From Desulfatiglandales bacterium (GTDB lineage Bacteria > Desulfobacterota > DSM-4660 > Desulfatiglandales > Desulfatiglandaceae): a stretch of DNA of 64,000 bases. The notes below the pieces were generated by a model. It was not told the DNA's origin, did no database searches, and was given only the letters and a program-made list of their open reading frames with translations. A program made the translations under genes and the position numbers. Within the stretch, counting starts at the first letter, position 1. Each line of letters starts with the position of its first letter. The stretch spans positions 384,001 to 448,000 of the forward strand of contig OY759599.1 in the NCBI GenBank assembly GCA_963662465.1. The letters run 5' to 3'. Below, piece by piece: positions 20,244 to 29,369 of this stretch.

Positions 20244-20379
20244 GGTGTCGTCCAATTACTGGTCGTCTACTACCAATGCCAATAATCCGAACAACGCCTG
20301 GAACGTCAATTTCAACAATGGCAACGACAACTGGAACAATAAGTCCAACAACAATTACGTTCGGGCGGTTCGCGGCGGA
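20244..20379 (+). ncRNA. DGR template repeat (TR)
   Basis: AAC/AAT-rich invariant copy of both VRs (17 AAY codons), between avd and RT. Confidence 0.97.
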
Positions 20380-22009
20380 AAGTGTTCCCCTGCTGTCCTT
20401 CCGGTCAATTTATGATGCGTATCTGGATTGCCGAAGGAGAAAGCGCAATACCATCAACGCGCTCAGGTTTGAGGCCGATTTGTTGACCAACCTCTTTGAC
20501 CTGGCGCTGGACCTGCAAAAGGGACGGTATCAGCCCTCCCGCTCTGTCTGCTTTGTCACACGGTCCCCGAAGCTCCGCGAGGTATTCGCCGCGGACTTCA
20601 GGGACCGGATCGTTCATCATCTGGTGGTGCGGGAACTGGAGAAGATATGGGAACCGCGCTTTATTTATGATTCTTATGCGTCCAGAAAAGGGAAAGGCAT
20701 CCACTCGGCCGTGGACCGGCTTCAGGGATTCATGCGGAAGGTGACCCGCAACGGCAAGCGGGCCGGCTTTTTTCTGCAACTGGACATTCGGTCTTTCTTC
20801 ATGAGTATAGACAAACGCATTTTGTTTTCCCTGTTTGACCGGGACCGGAAAACATCGGATGTGCTGCGGTGGGTTTTGTCGGTACTCATTTTTCATGATC
20901 CCACGACGAATTATTGTTTCAAGGGAAACGGGAGATTGCTGGACGCCATTCCGCCCCATAAAACTCTTTTCAAGACCGGCCTGTACAAAGGGCTCCCTAT
21001 CGGAAATCTGACGAGCCAGTTTTTCGCCAACGTCTATCTCAATGAACTGGATCAGTTTGTCAAACATGAGCTGAAGTGCCGGTTCTATTTGAGGTATGTG
21101 GATGATTTTATCCTATTGGCGGAGAGTGAAGATCAACTGTTGAAATGGCGTCAGGCGCTGAGCGGGTTTCTGGAAGACCACCTGGCGCTACGTCTGAGAG
21201 GCGGTGACCGGGTGCGCCGGGTTTCTGACGGTGCGGATTTTCTGGGGTATGTGACCCGCCCCGGGTACCGTCTGGTGCGAAAACGCGTGGTGAACAATTT
21301 TAAATATGTGCTGGCGCGAACGCGGGACAAAATGGTGGTGGAGATGGCGGGTGACGCAGCGGCCGTCGGTGCGGCAGGACGTGCGGTTGCCGGTGCGACT
21401 GTAGGTGCGACTTCAGTCGCACAACCGGAAAAGAAAATCACCCGCGTCACCGGCGCCCCCGCAGGTGCGAATTCATTCGCACAGCCCACCAGGGTTGCGG
21501 TCCCGGGCATCCGCACACTCACGATCCGTCCCCGAATGGTCCTGCATTTGCGGCAGGTCCTGGCCTCTTACCTGGGCCATTTTCAGCATGCGGACAGCCG
21601 GTATCTGGTTGAGAGTATTTTCACAAAACACACCTGGCTCAGGCAGTTGTTTGTGTTTGACCGGGGTAAACTGAAGATGAAAGCCCTTCCCGTTCAAACC
21701 TTTCCATGCATGCGGGAGCAGGTGTGGTTTTTTAGAAGGCATTATCCCGGATTCATACTTTTGTTCCGGGTGGGCCGCTATGTGGAGCTTTACGGAAAAG
21801 ATGCTCGGATTTTGCGGGAATATGCCCATTTGAAGCTAGTGAAACAGCATCGGGGCCTGCGGGATTCGGTGGGGTTTCCGGTGAGCATGACCCGGGGCAT
21901 ACGCCGAAAGCTTTTAATGAGGGGTCACCGAACGGCGCTGGTGGCCCAGGGCGTCACCGGCGGGCGGGTGAGACGCCGGTATGTGGCAGAGCTGGCGTTT
22001 GCGACCTGA
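20276..22009 (+). CDS. DGR reverse transcriptase with C-terminal MutS-I-like domain (start uncertain; ORF overlaps TR)
   Basis: FRDRIVHH, LDIRSFF, GLPIGNLTSQFFAN (DGR-type SQ), RYVDDF, DFLGY; tail ILLFRVGRYVELYGKDA...VGFP. Confidence 0.95.
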   Translation: MPIIRTTPGTSISTMATTTGTISPTTITFGRFAAESVPLLSFRSIYDAYLDCRRRKRNTINALRFEADLLTNLFDLALDLQKGRYQPSRSVCFVTRSPKLREVFAADFRDRIVHHLVVRELEKIWEPRFIYDSYASRKGKGIHSAVDRLQGFMRKVTRNGKRAGFFLQLDIRSFFMSIDKRILFSLFDRDRKTSDVLRWVLSVLIFHDPTTNYCFKGNGRLLDAIPPHKTLFKTGLYKGLPIGNLTSQFFANVYLNELDQFVKHELKCRFYLRYVDDFILLAESEDQLLKWRQALSGFLEDHLALRLRGGDRVRRVSDGADFLGYVTRPGYRLVRKRVVNNFKYVLARTRDKMVVEMAGDAAAVGAAGRAVAGATVGATSVAQPEKKITRVTGAPAGANSFAQPTRVAVPGIRTLTIRPRMVLHLRQVLASYLGHFQHADSRYLVESIFTKHTWLRQLFVFDRGKLKMKALPVQTFPCMREQVWFFRRHYPGFILLFRVGRYVELYGKDARILREYAHLKLVKQHRGLRDSVGFPVSMTRGIRRKLLMRGHRTALVAQGVTGGRVRRRYVAELAFAT

Positions 22010-22016
22010 TCGAGTA

Positions 22017-23270
22017 TAGGTGCGGCTTGTAGGTGCGACTTCAGTCGCACAACAAATCCCTCGTTGTGCGACTAAAGTCGCACCTACAGTGGTGGTCTAG
22101 ATGGAGGTGATGGGAAAAATTGAAATGGGATTTACGGGTTGGGTTTTGATGACCAGTGGTCTCAAGAGATTGTGTTGTTGCGGGGTGGTATGGCGGATTG
22201 CTGTGCGACTGAAGTCGCACCTACAGCAGGACAAGGCTGGAGGGAATGAGGATGGAGTGTTGTGCGACTAAAGTCGCACCTACAGTTAGGAGCGTCCAAA
22301 TGCGGGGGATGCATCGATGAAGGGAAGGGGTGCTCCATTATATCCGCCAGGCTATGGGGCGTTGCGGGCAGGCCGGTGGAGCGAATCGGGGCGGTGTTAC
22401 ATGATTACCACGGTTACCGCCGACCGTGCGCCGGTTTTTCGCGATCTGTTTGCCGGTCGTTGCGTTGTTCGGGAGATGATGCGGTTGCACGGTGATGGAG
22501 TGGTGGCATCTCTGGCCTGGGTGATCATGCCTGATCACTTTCACTGGCTGGCGGTGCCGGCGAGTCCATGGAGCCTTTCAAAAGTCATTCAATTGCTGAA
22601 GGGGAGATCCGCGAGACGTGTGAATGAATATCTGGGTCGTACGGGCAGCCTCTGGCAGCCGGCGTTTTATGATTACGCGGTTCGGAAGGACGAAGATCTT
22701 CGCAAAATGGCCCGATATATCGTGGGTAATCCGATCAGAGCGGGTTTTGTGAAGCGGGTTGAGGAATACCCCCTGTGGGATGCGGTGTGGTTGTGATCGG
22801 TGTGTATGGCTCGATCCGATGTGTGGCCGGTTCACGATTGTAGGTGCGGCTTGTAGGTGCGACTTCAGTCGCACAACAAATCCTCACTGTGGGACTGAAG
22901 TCGCACTTACAGGAGGACAAGGCCGGAGGGAATGAGGATGGGGTGTTGTGCGACTAAATTTTCACCTACAGTCGTATTCCAAATGAAGGTGACGGGAAAG
23001 ATTGAAATGGGATTTACGGGTTGGGTTCTGATGGTCGGTGGTCTCAAGAGATCGTGTCGTTGCGGGGTGGTAAGGACGATTGTAGGTGCGGCTTCAGCCG
23101 CACATTTGGGCTGCGGATGATGGATGTACGGCGGGTGTTGTGCAACTAAATTTGCACCTACAGTGTTGTGCGACTAAAGTCGCACCTACAGTCGTATTCC
23201 AAATGAAGGTGACGGCAATGGGGGGTTGTGGGCAGGCGGATTATTGTGCGACTAAAGTCGCACCTACAGC
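22017..23270. repeat. REP/REPIN field around RAYT
   Basis: More than 10 copies of TGTAGGTGCGACT(TC/TT)AGTCGCACA or variants in both orientations, with longer duplicated spacers; more copies at 17922-18334, 20041-20186, 21400-21483, 26821-26871, 55810-55869. Confidence 0.9.
22317..22796 (+). CDS. REP-associated tyrosine transposase (RAYT)
   Basis: YMITTVT, VIMPDHFHW, LWQ..FYD..VR, YIVGNP.RAG; flanked by GTAG-type REPs. Confidence 0.92.
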   Translation: MKGRGAPLYPPGYGALRAGRWSESGRCYMITTVTADRAPVFRDLFAGRCVVREMMRLHGDGVVASLAWVIMPDHFHWLAVPASPWSLSKVIQLLKGRSARRVNEYLGRTGSLWQPAFYDYAVRKDEDLRKMARYIVGNPIRAGFVKRVEEYPLWDAVWL

Positions 23271-23513
23271 ACGGAAGCATCTCTTTTGTTGCGAAAAGCA
23301 TGGGCAAAGGATGTGACTATCAGAAGCACCGGTCCATGGCAAAGAGGGGTCGGAAGAGCGTCATTTCATTTTAGCGACGGGCATAAATATTTGGCGGCCG
23401 CATTGAAGGGCGCGGGGAAAATGGATCAGGAAGAGGCAGGCGTGATACGGATGCCTCTTTTGTCGGTACGGTTCCATTTACCCGTGTCTGTGCTGCCGTA
23501 GAAGGAGGAAGGC

Positions 23514-26500
23514 ATGAAAGCAATGCGATGGGCAACAGCCGTCATGGCCCTGTGGGTCGTAATCACGATCACGCAAACGGCGTACGCGGCCTTTGTGGAC
23601 AATGGCAACGGCACGGTGTCCGATACGCGAAGCGGCCTCATGTGGCAGCAGGATACGGCCAGGGATGCTGGGGGAAACTATGATACCATGACCTGGAAGG
23701 AGGCCTTGGCCCACTGTGCCAATCTGGAGCTGCCGCCAGGCGGCTATACCGACTGGCGCCTGCCCACCATCAAGGAGATTCGATCCCTGGTGGATTGCAG
23801 TCAGTATAGTCCCGCCATTAATCGCAATGCCTTTCCCGATACGGTGTCGTCCAATTACTGGTCGTCTACTACCTATGCCAGTAGTCCGAACTACGCCTGG
23901 AGCGTCTATTTCTACAGTGGCGGCGACTACTGGGGCAATAAGTCCTACTACGGTTGCGTTCGGGCGGTTCGCGGCGGACAGTCTGGGGCATTCGGTTCTT
24001 TGGATCATTTGGTCATTTCGGTGCCGGCGGGCGCCCAGTCGGTTGGGGATGATTTTACCATCACCGTCACCGCCGAGGATGCGGCAGGGCTGCAGGTGCT
24101 GGATTTTGCGGGTAGCGTGAACCTTTCGGCCGAGGGGAATACCGTTGACCCCACCGCAGTGACCCTCTCCGGCGGGCATGGGAGCGCGTCCATTCGCATC
24201 TTGAACGTCGGCAAAACCCGGCTCAACTGCGACGGTTATGGGGCCTACGGCAACAGCCGGTATTTTGACGTGGCCGGGGAGAATCCCTGCATCGGGTCCA
24301 TCGAGGGGAGCGTGGTGGACTGCCGGGGCACCCGCGTGAGCCAGGCCACGGTGCGGGCCCGTGACGTGGAAGGGGACGTGATGGCGAGCACCACCACGGA
24401 CGGTAACGGAAGGTTTACGCTGGCAGACTTGACCTGCGGGCCGTATGATATCGAGGTTGAAAAATCCGGCAAAACCGCCACCGGCATCTGGAAGACGGTG
24501 GGCGGACATTACTGCACCACGGCCTTCGGGATCGAGCTGCCTTTGAACTGCGGAACTGAACAAGCGGTGGTGGTATTGGTCCCCGGCATCATGGGGTCCA
24601 GCGAATCGTCATGGGGGGGGGTTCCCAGCTTGCCGGCCGGTGCACCGGCACGCGCTTCGGATTTGCACATTCATGCCGAGGGGACAACCGGTTTTAAAAA
24701 ACTCAAAGAAGAACTGGAAGCGGCAAATTTTACCGTGGTGGAGTGTCCCTGGGACTGGCGGCTCAATTGTGAGCGGGCCTACCGGGAATACCTGAAGGAC
24801 AAAATAGACGAAGCCCTGGCGGATTCAGGCGCCGACAAGGTGTATGTGGTGGCCCACAGCATGGGGGGGCTTATGGTACGGGCCTACATTCAGAACAAGG
24901 AGAATTATCGGAACGACATCGCCAAAGTGGCCTTTGTGGGCACCCCGCATCAGGGGTCCTGCAATCCCTATTACATCTGGGAGGGGGGCGATCCCCTGGC
25001 GGTCGACGATATGGTCGGTCCGGCACTGGACTTTTATACGCGGACCACCGAGAAATTGTGGGGGAATTACAAGAGAGGCTGGAACACTGAAAACCACGAT
25101 GAGATCCGTTCGTTTATCAGAAGCGACGTGCAGTCCCTGCTGCAACTGATGTATGCGGAAAAATTCCTGACGGATATGCGTTCTTACTGGGCCGTGGAAA
25201 CCCCCGGCAATACCAACGACTGGCTGGACGACTTAAACGAAGGCGATGGGAATTACAACAAGCCGTACGATGTCATGAGCAAGGACGGTTCAAGCGGCAA
25301 CAAGGTGGAGGCCCGGTGCTTTGTGGGAGATTCGGCTGCTTCCACCATTCGGTGGGTCAAGATGGCCCGCACGAGAGGCAGTTCCGGGGCTACCGATGAC
25401 CGGTATGAGGACGGTATTCCACGAAATGAACGGCCTCAGAAAGATAACGTTTTATGGGGAAGCGGCGACAATACGGTTCCCTATGACAGCGCCGTTTATC
25501 CTTACACGAAGGGCTGGGCCCAATTGTGCGCGAAAAAATCCCAAAAAAAACACAGTGAACTGGTGAAGGATTTTGCGACGGACATCGTGCTTTTTTTGGA
25601 CCCCGATGCAGTGGTTTCCTCAAATGCCGCCACAAGGGATGACCCGACTCCGCCCGAACTGTCGGTTTCCATCACCGGCGGGATGCGCGTCCAGATCATA
25701 GATCCCGAGAACCGCAAAACCGGCGCCGACCCGGCCACGGGCCTGCCGGTGCAAAATATCCCCGATTCTATGTGCGCCTTTGATGTGGGAGGCGGCGGCG
25801 CGGCGGTGCAAAGCCCCGCGGCCGGGGCCTACCGGATCACTTATTTTGGCCAGGCGGACCGGGATTTCCAGATCTCGCTAGACTACCAGGATGACACCCT
25901 GACGGAGACCTACAGCTTTCAGGGGTTTCGGCCGGCAGACGCACAGACCTTTACCGTGAGTCTCAACCCCGCAGCCTCTCCCCGTCTCACCATCACCCCG
26001 TCCTGCAAGGCTCCCACCAATCTGGAGGCCAACCCCTACACGTCCGGCGAAACCCCGAAAACCCGCCTTTCCTGGTCCGCAACGGACGAAGCCGGCCTTT
26101 CCGGCTACAATGTCTATGGGGTGGCCCAACTGTCTCCCTATTTCTCCAAAGTGGCCACCGTGGCATCGAATGTCACCACTTATGATACATCAGACACCTG
26201 GAGTTCCGATGCCGCCACCACTGTCATGACCTATGCGGTGACGGCGGTGAAAACCGACGGCACGGAAAGCTTTTTTTCCAATACGGCCCAGAACGATGAC
26301 CGGGACCATGACGGCGTGACCGACGCACGGGAAGCAACAGACGGCACCAACCCGGACAACCCGGATTCGGACGCGGATGGCCTGAATGACGGGAAAGAAT
26401 CGGCATACGGTACCAACCCCCTGGTGAAGGACACGGACGGGGATACCTGGAATGACGGCGATGAAGTATCCGCCGGCACCGATCTCCTGGATCCTTATTC

Positions 26501-26789
26501 CATACCCCGAAGCGTGGGGTATGTGGACCCGGCCGGTGGCTGCAACGGCAACACCCCGTGCTACACAACCATACAGGCGGCCGTGGAAGGCGCCAAAAAC
26601 GGGGGCGTTGTTGAGATTAAGCAGGGAACCTATAGCGAAGAAGTGACGCTCGGGGCTGACAAGCAGGTGATGCTTCAGGGGAATTGGAACGATTCATTTA
26701 ACACCCAGAGCGGCATAACGACGCTGACGCACGCACCCAAAGCGCCCCTGGGGCGATTGACGCTGCGGGATCTGCTGGTGAAACCGTGA
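23514..26789 (+). CDS. DGR target 2: secreted multidomain protein (N-terminal DUF1566 with VR, Ig/CarboxypepD-like, LCAT-like alpha/beta hydrolase, FN3, Ca-binding Asp repeats)
   Basis: Signal peptide; DNGNGTVSD..SGLMWQ, WRLPT, YWSST, VRAVRGG; VLVPGIMGS, WDWRL, AHSMGG, GTPHQGS, GDNTVP; DSDADGLNDG repeats. Confidence 0.9.
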   Translation: MKAMRWATAVMALWVVITITQTAYAAFVDNGNGTVSDTRSGLMWQQDTARDAGGNYDTMTWKEALAHCANLELPPGGYTDWRLPTIKEIRSLVDCSQYSPAINRNAFPDTVSSNYWSSTTYASSPNYAWSVYFYSGGDYWGNKSYYGCVRAVRGGQSGAFGSLDHLVISVPAGAQSVGDDFTITVTAEDAAGLQVLDFAGSVNLSAEGNTVDPTAVTLSGGHGSASIRILNVGKTRLNCDGYGAYGNSRYFDVAGENPCIGSIEGSVVDCRGTRVSQATVRARDVEGDVMASTTTDGNGRFTLADLTCGPYDIEVEKSGKTATGIWKTVGGHYCTTAFGIELPLNCGTEQAVVVLVPGIMGSSESSWGGVPSLPAGAPARASDLHIHAEGTTGFKKLKEELEAANFTVVECPWDWRLNCERAYREYLKDKIDEALADSGADKVYVVAHSMGGLMVRAYIQNKENYRNDIAKVAFVGTPHQGSCNPYYIWEGGDPLAVDDMVGPALDFYTRTTEKLWGNYKRGWNTENHDEIRSFIRSDVQSLLQLMYAEKFLTDMRSYWAVETPGNTNDWLDDLNEGDGNYNKPYDVMSKDGSSGNKVEARCFVGDSAASTIRWVKMARTRGSSGATDDRYEDGIPRNERPQKDNVLWGSGDNTVPYDSAVYPYTKGWAQLCAKKSQKKHSELVKDFATDIVLFLDPDAVVSSNAATRDDPTPPELSVSITGGMRVQIIDPENRKTGADPATGLPVQNIPDSMCAFDVGGGGAAVQSPAAGAYRITYFGQADRDFQISLDYQDDTLTETYSFQGFRPADAQTFTVSLNPAASPRLTITPSCKAPTNLEANPYTSGETPKTRLSWSATDEAGLSGYNVYGVAQLSPYFSKVATVASNVTTYDTSDTWSSDAATTVMTYAVTAVKTDGTESFFSNTAQNDDRDHDGVTDAREATDGTNPDNPDSDADGLNDGKESAYGTNPLVKDTDGDTWNDGDEVSAGTDLLDPYSIPRSVGYVDPAGGCNGNTPCYTTIQAAVEGAKNGGVVEIKQGTYSEEVTLGADKQVMLQGNWNDSFNTQSGITTLTHAPKAPLGRLTLRDLLVKP
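23843..23978 (+). repeat. DGR variable repeat VR2 (internal, codons ~111-155)
   Basis: 136-bp ungapped match to TR; 18 mismatches, all at TR adenines. Confidence 0.97.
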
Positions 26790-26820
26790 GGGGCACATGG
26801 AGACGGGAGCTGGTTGCGGA

Positions 26821-26924
26821 TGTAGGTGCGTCTTCAGCCGCACAGCTTGTGCGACTAAAGTCGCACCTACAGCCCGGGCTGAAACATATTCAAAGCGCGG
26901 TTTCACGTTAATCCGCGATGAACC
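26821..26924 (-). mobile_element. REP-carrying MITE (partial copy, inverted)
   Basis: Reverse complement matches 55757-55833 including the terminal 24-mer. Confidence 0.7.
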
Positions 26925-27111
26925 GTTTCATGGAGCGGGCGTATCGGGCAGCCTGACCCGGAGAAGCTTCAAAGGTTAATTGATCCACATACTCCTTTTT
27001 CACCTCCCCCATGAGCCAGGTCTTGTCGGTCTGCCTGGGGCTCAGATGGTGAAATGGTCTTGACTCCTCATGCGAACAGGACTCTGTTTATCCGCATGTT
27101 TCGGGTCCTGC

Positions 27112-27741
27112 TCAGAGGATGCTGCCAAGAGATTTCACCCATTTCTCGAAGTCCTTTTTGACATGGTTCCAGTCCACCGGCCTGATCATTTTCACTTCAG
27201 GTTCCCCGTCCGCATCCGCAAAATACACCAGGCTCCTGATCACATGCCCTATGTCCCGATTTTGATATTTCTCCATGTACAGCCGCAGACAATCATCAAG
27301 GGAACAACCATGGGTCATGAGATGGTGCAGATCAAAAAAATCCTTGCGGGAGCCGCGGGAGGCTATGGCTGACAATTTCATGCAGGCAATGTCCTCCATG
27401 GAGGCCATTCGAATTGCCGTATCAGGTATGGGTACCGTGTTTCGAAGCATGGGATAGTCATAGCCGATGAAGCTGTTTTGAACTCCTTCAATGGTCAGAT
27501 AAACCGTCTCAATACTGACGGATTCCACCACATAGTCCATTTGCAATGCCTTCATCAGGCGGAATAGACCCTCCGGTTCACCAAGCTTCCGGATAAACCA
27601 GTCAAAATCAATAGAGCGCCGGTGACCCAGTTGAAGTGCCAGGGCGGTACCGCCGGCAAGGTAATACGCTGTGCCGGCGAGAACCTGCGCCAGAGAAGCG
27701 AGGACCCGCTTTTGTGCATCGCTCAATATTTCAATGTGCAT
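27112..27741 (-). CDS. AbiEii/AbiGii-type nucleotidyltransferase toxin
   Basis: YLAGGTALALQLGHRRSIDFD; MKL.AI..RG.RKDFFD. Confidence 0.88.
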   Translation of the reverse strand: MHIEILSDAQKRVLASLAQVLAGTAYYLAGGTALALQLGHRRSIDFDWFIRKLGEPEGLFRLMKALQMDYVVESVSIETVYLTIEGVQNSFIGYDYPMLRNTVPIPDTAIRMASMEDIACMKLSAIASRGSRKDFFDLHHLMTHGCSLDDCLRLYMEKYQNRDIGHVIRSLVYFADADGEPEVKMIRPVDWNHVKKDFEKWVKSLGSIL

Positions 27742-28093
27742 ACCTGCCGCTCCAGACAGAATATTTTCCCCTTGATTCCCGTACCCAGTCAGTTCTTTTT
27801 TCCTTAGCTATCCCAGTGACAAGGGACCAGTAATTGAGTTCGCGGGGAGGGAGTATAAGCCTTCCCCTCTTTTTCAGAAAGGAGGCCAGTTGCTTTTTGG
27901 AGTAGGTTTTTAGAAGCCAGCGCATGGCCTCCCAGTTTCCCCTTTCCATGATTCTGCTCATGACAAAATCACCATGTCTCACAATGTGGATGGTTTCCGG
28001 TTCGAGTTCCCAGAAAAGCTCAAAAAGAGATTCCGGGATACGCGTACTGTCCGCTAAATTCTCTTCGGTTTTTCCCATAACTACCCGTTCCAT
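27731..28093 (-). CDS. Putative cognate antitoxin (DUF6922-like)
   Basis: LFWE...FVMSRIMERGNWEAMRWL; overlaps the toxin start. Confidence 0.7.
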   Translation of the reverse strand: MERVVMGKTEENLADSTRIPESLFELFWELEPETIHIVRHGDFVMSRIMERGNWEAMRWLLKTYSKKQLASFLKKRGRLILPPRELNYWSLVTGIAKEKRTDWVRESRGKYSVWSGRYAH

Positions 28094-28340
28094 ACTCCCG
28101 CCTCTCTACTCCCTGCTCCAGACTACACGCCTCGATCATCGAATCCACTCAATACTGCCGGGGAAACGGCGGCGCGTTAAGGGTGAGAGAGGTTGTGGCG
28201 CTGCATTCACAATTGGTGTTCGGGCCGAATATCTTGACATTTCCGGCTATTTCCCGGGTCTCCCACGTGATGGTTTCCGTCTCTCCACATAGCGAAACCC
28301 AATTTTCCACAGAGAAGAAAACCAACGAAAAAAGTGGGAC

Positions 28341-29369
28341 TCAAATCAATCCATTTGTACCGGAAGGCACGCACGTTCCCCGAACGCGGCGCAGCATCGC
28401 TTCAAAGGCCTGCATATCATTACACCTGCATGCCTGCCGGAAAAGGGACTTCAGAGCGAACAGAGAATCCATCCGCTCAATCTCCTCCGCAACCCCACCC
28501 GGCACAAAGCCGAATTTCTCAAGCACCAGATCCAAAAGCATCTCCCGTGCATTTTCCACACTTCCCAAACTCTTGCCTTCCTGGATGCCCAGACTCTTGC
28601 CTCTATCCAAGCCTTCCTGGATGCCCAGACTTTTACCTTCCTGGATGCCCAGACTCTTGCCTTCCTCAATCCCTTTTTCTCTTGCAATTTGTACAATATC
28701 CAGCATTTTTAGCTCCTCCCACAGCGCAAGCAGACGTTTCTTGTCAATCATCTTGTTGGATAGAACCAGTGTGGCTGCCGTCAGTTGGGGGGATATCCTG
28801 CCGCCCCGGACCAGTTCCACCTCAAAGCGGATCACCTCTTCCACAAAACGGGCACGGTCATCCCCCTTTGCCTTGCCGTACAATGGCAACACCACCAGTT
28901 CCAGCCACTGCCTGAATGTCCCAGCGGCCACCTCCGCACGGATTTCCTCAAGCCGTTTTTTACCGTCCTTTCGGCTGAAATCAAGTACCACTGGGCGATA
29001 CGTCCCGCTGGTTGTTTCGAGACTGCGGGCATTTGGGTCCACTTTTCCGGAGGCCAGGATCACATCCGTCATCCCAGGTCCCCATTTCTTCGCCCCCAAA
29101 AAATAATAGGCCGCAAACCGGTATAGGTCAGAGCGATTCAAATCCCGTTGTTCCTCCATATGAAACAGCGCGCCCGTCGTATCTCGTACCATCACATCCA
29201 CCCGACCTGCTTGCACGCGAATGTCCACCGGCTTAAATCCAAACACGTCTTCCACCGGGGCTGTTTTAAGCCCGATGGCGTCCAGGGTTTCCCCTTTCAG
29301 TGCCTCGGCCATCCACTTCACGGTGAAATCGTAATTGTGCAGATAATCGGTTCCATTCTTGCCTTCCAA
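28341..29369 (-). CDS. Rpn/YhgA-like PD-(D/E)XK protein
   Basis: RVDV...HMEEQ; C-terminal EGKSLGIQ repeats (24-bp units ~28570-28670) and LEKFG tail. Confidence 0.75.
   Translation of the reverse strand: MEGKNGTDYLHNYDFTVKWMAEALKGETLDAIGLKTAPVEDVFGFKPVDIRVQAGRVDVMVRDTTGALFHMEEQRDLNRSDLYRFAAYYFLGAKKWGPGMTDVILASGKVDPNARSLETTSGTYRPVVLDFSRKDGKKRLEEIRAEVAAGTFRQWLELVVLPLYGKAKGDDRARFVEEVIRFEVELVRGGRISPQLTAATLVLSNKMIDKKRLLALWEELKMLDIVQIAREKGIEEGKSLGIQEGKSLGIQEGLDRGKSLGIQEGKSLGSVENAREMLLDLVLEKFGFVPGGVAEEIERMDSLFALKSLFRQACRCNDMQAFEAMLRRVRGTCVPSGTNGLI

Noticed and set aside
20146..20415. Asn-rich 89-aa ORF
   Set aside because: It is the TR read in the VR frame; no evidence it is a protein gene
22017..23270. 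Possible CRISPR array
   Set aside because: Repeats occur in both orientations with irregular, partly duplicated spacers, no cas genes, and an adjacent RAYT: these are REPs
18403..26789. DGR as part of a prophage
   Set aside because: No capsid, terminase, tail or phage integrase genes in the window; targets have signal peptides
17869..26925. Perfect 25-bp inverted repeat bracketing the entire DGR (composite transposon?)
   Set aside because: Explained by two separate MITE copies; outer 8-bp flanks (aagatttc vs gtttcatg) do not match, so there is no evidence of joint transposition, though it remains mechanically possible
28183..29106. 307-aa plus-strand ORF with PSWMPRLL repeats
   Set aside because: Antisense of the Rpn-like gene and its 24-bp repeats
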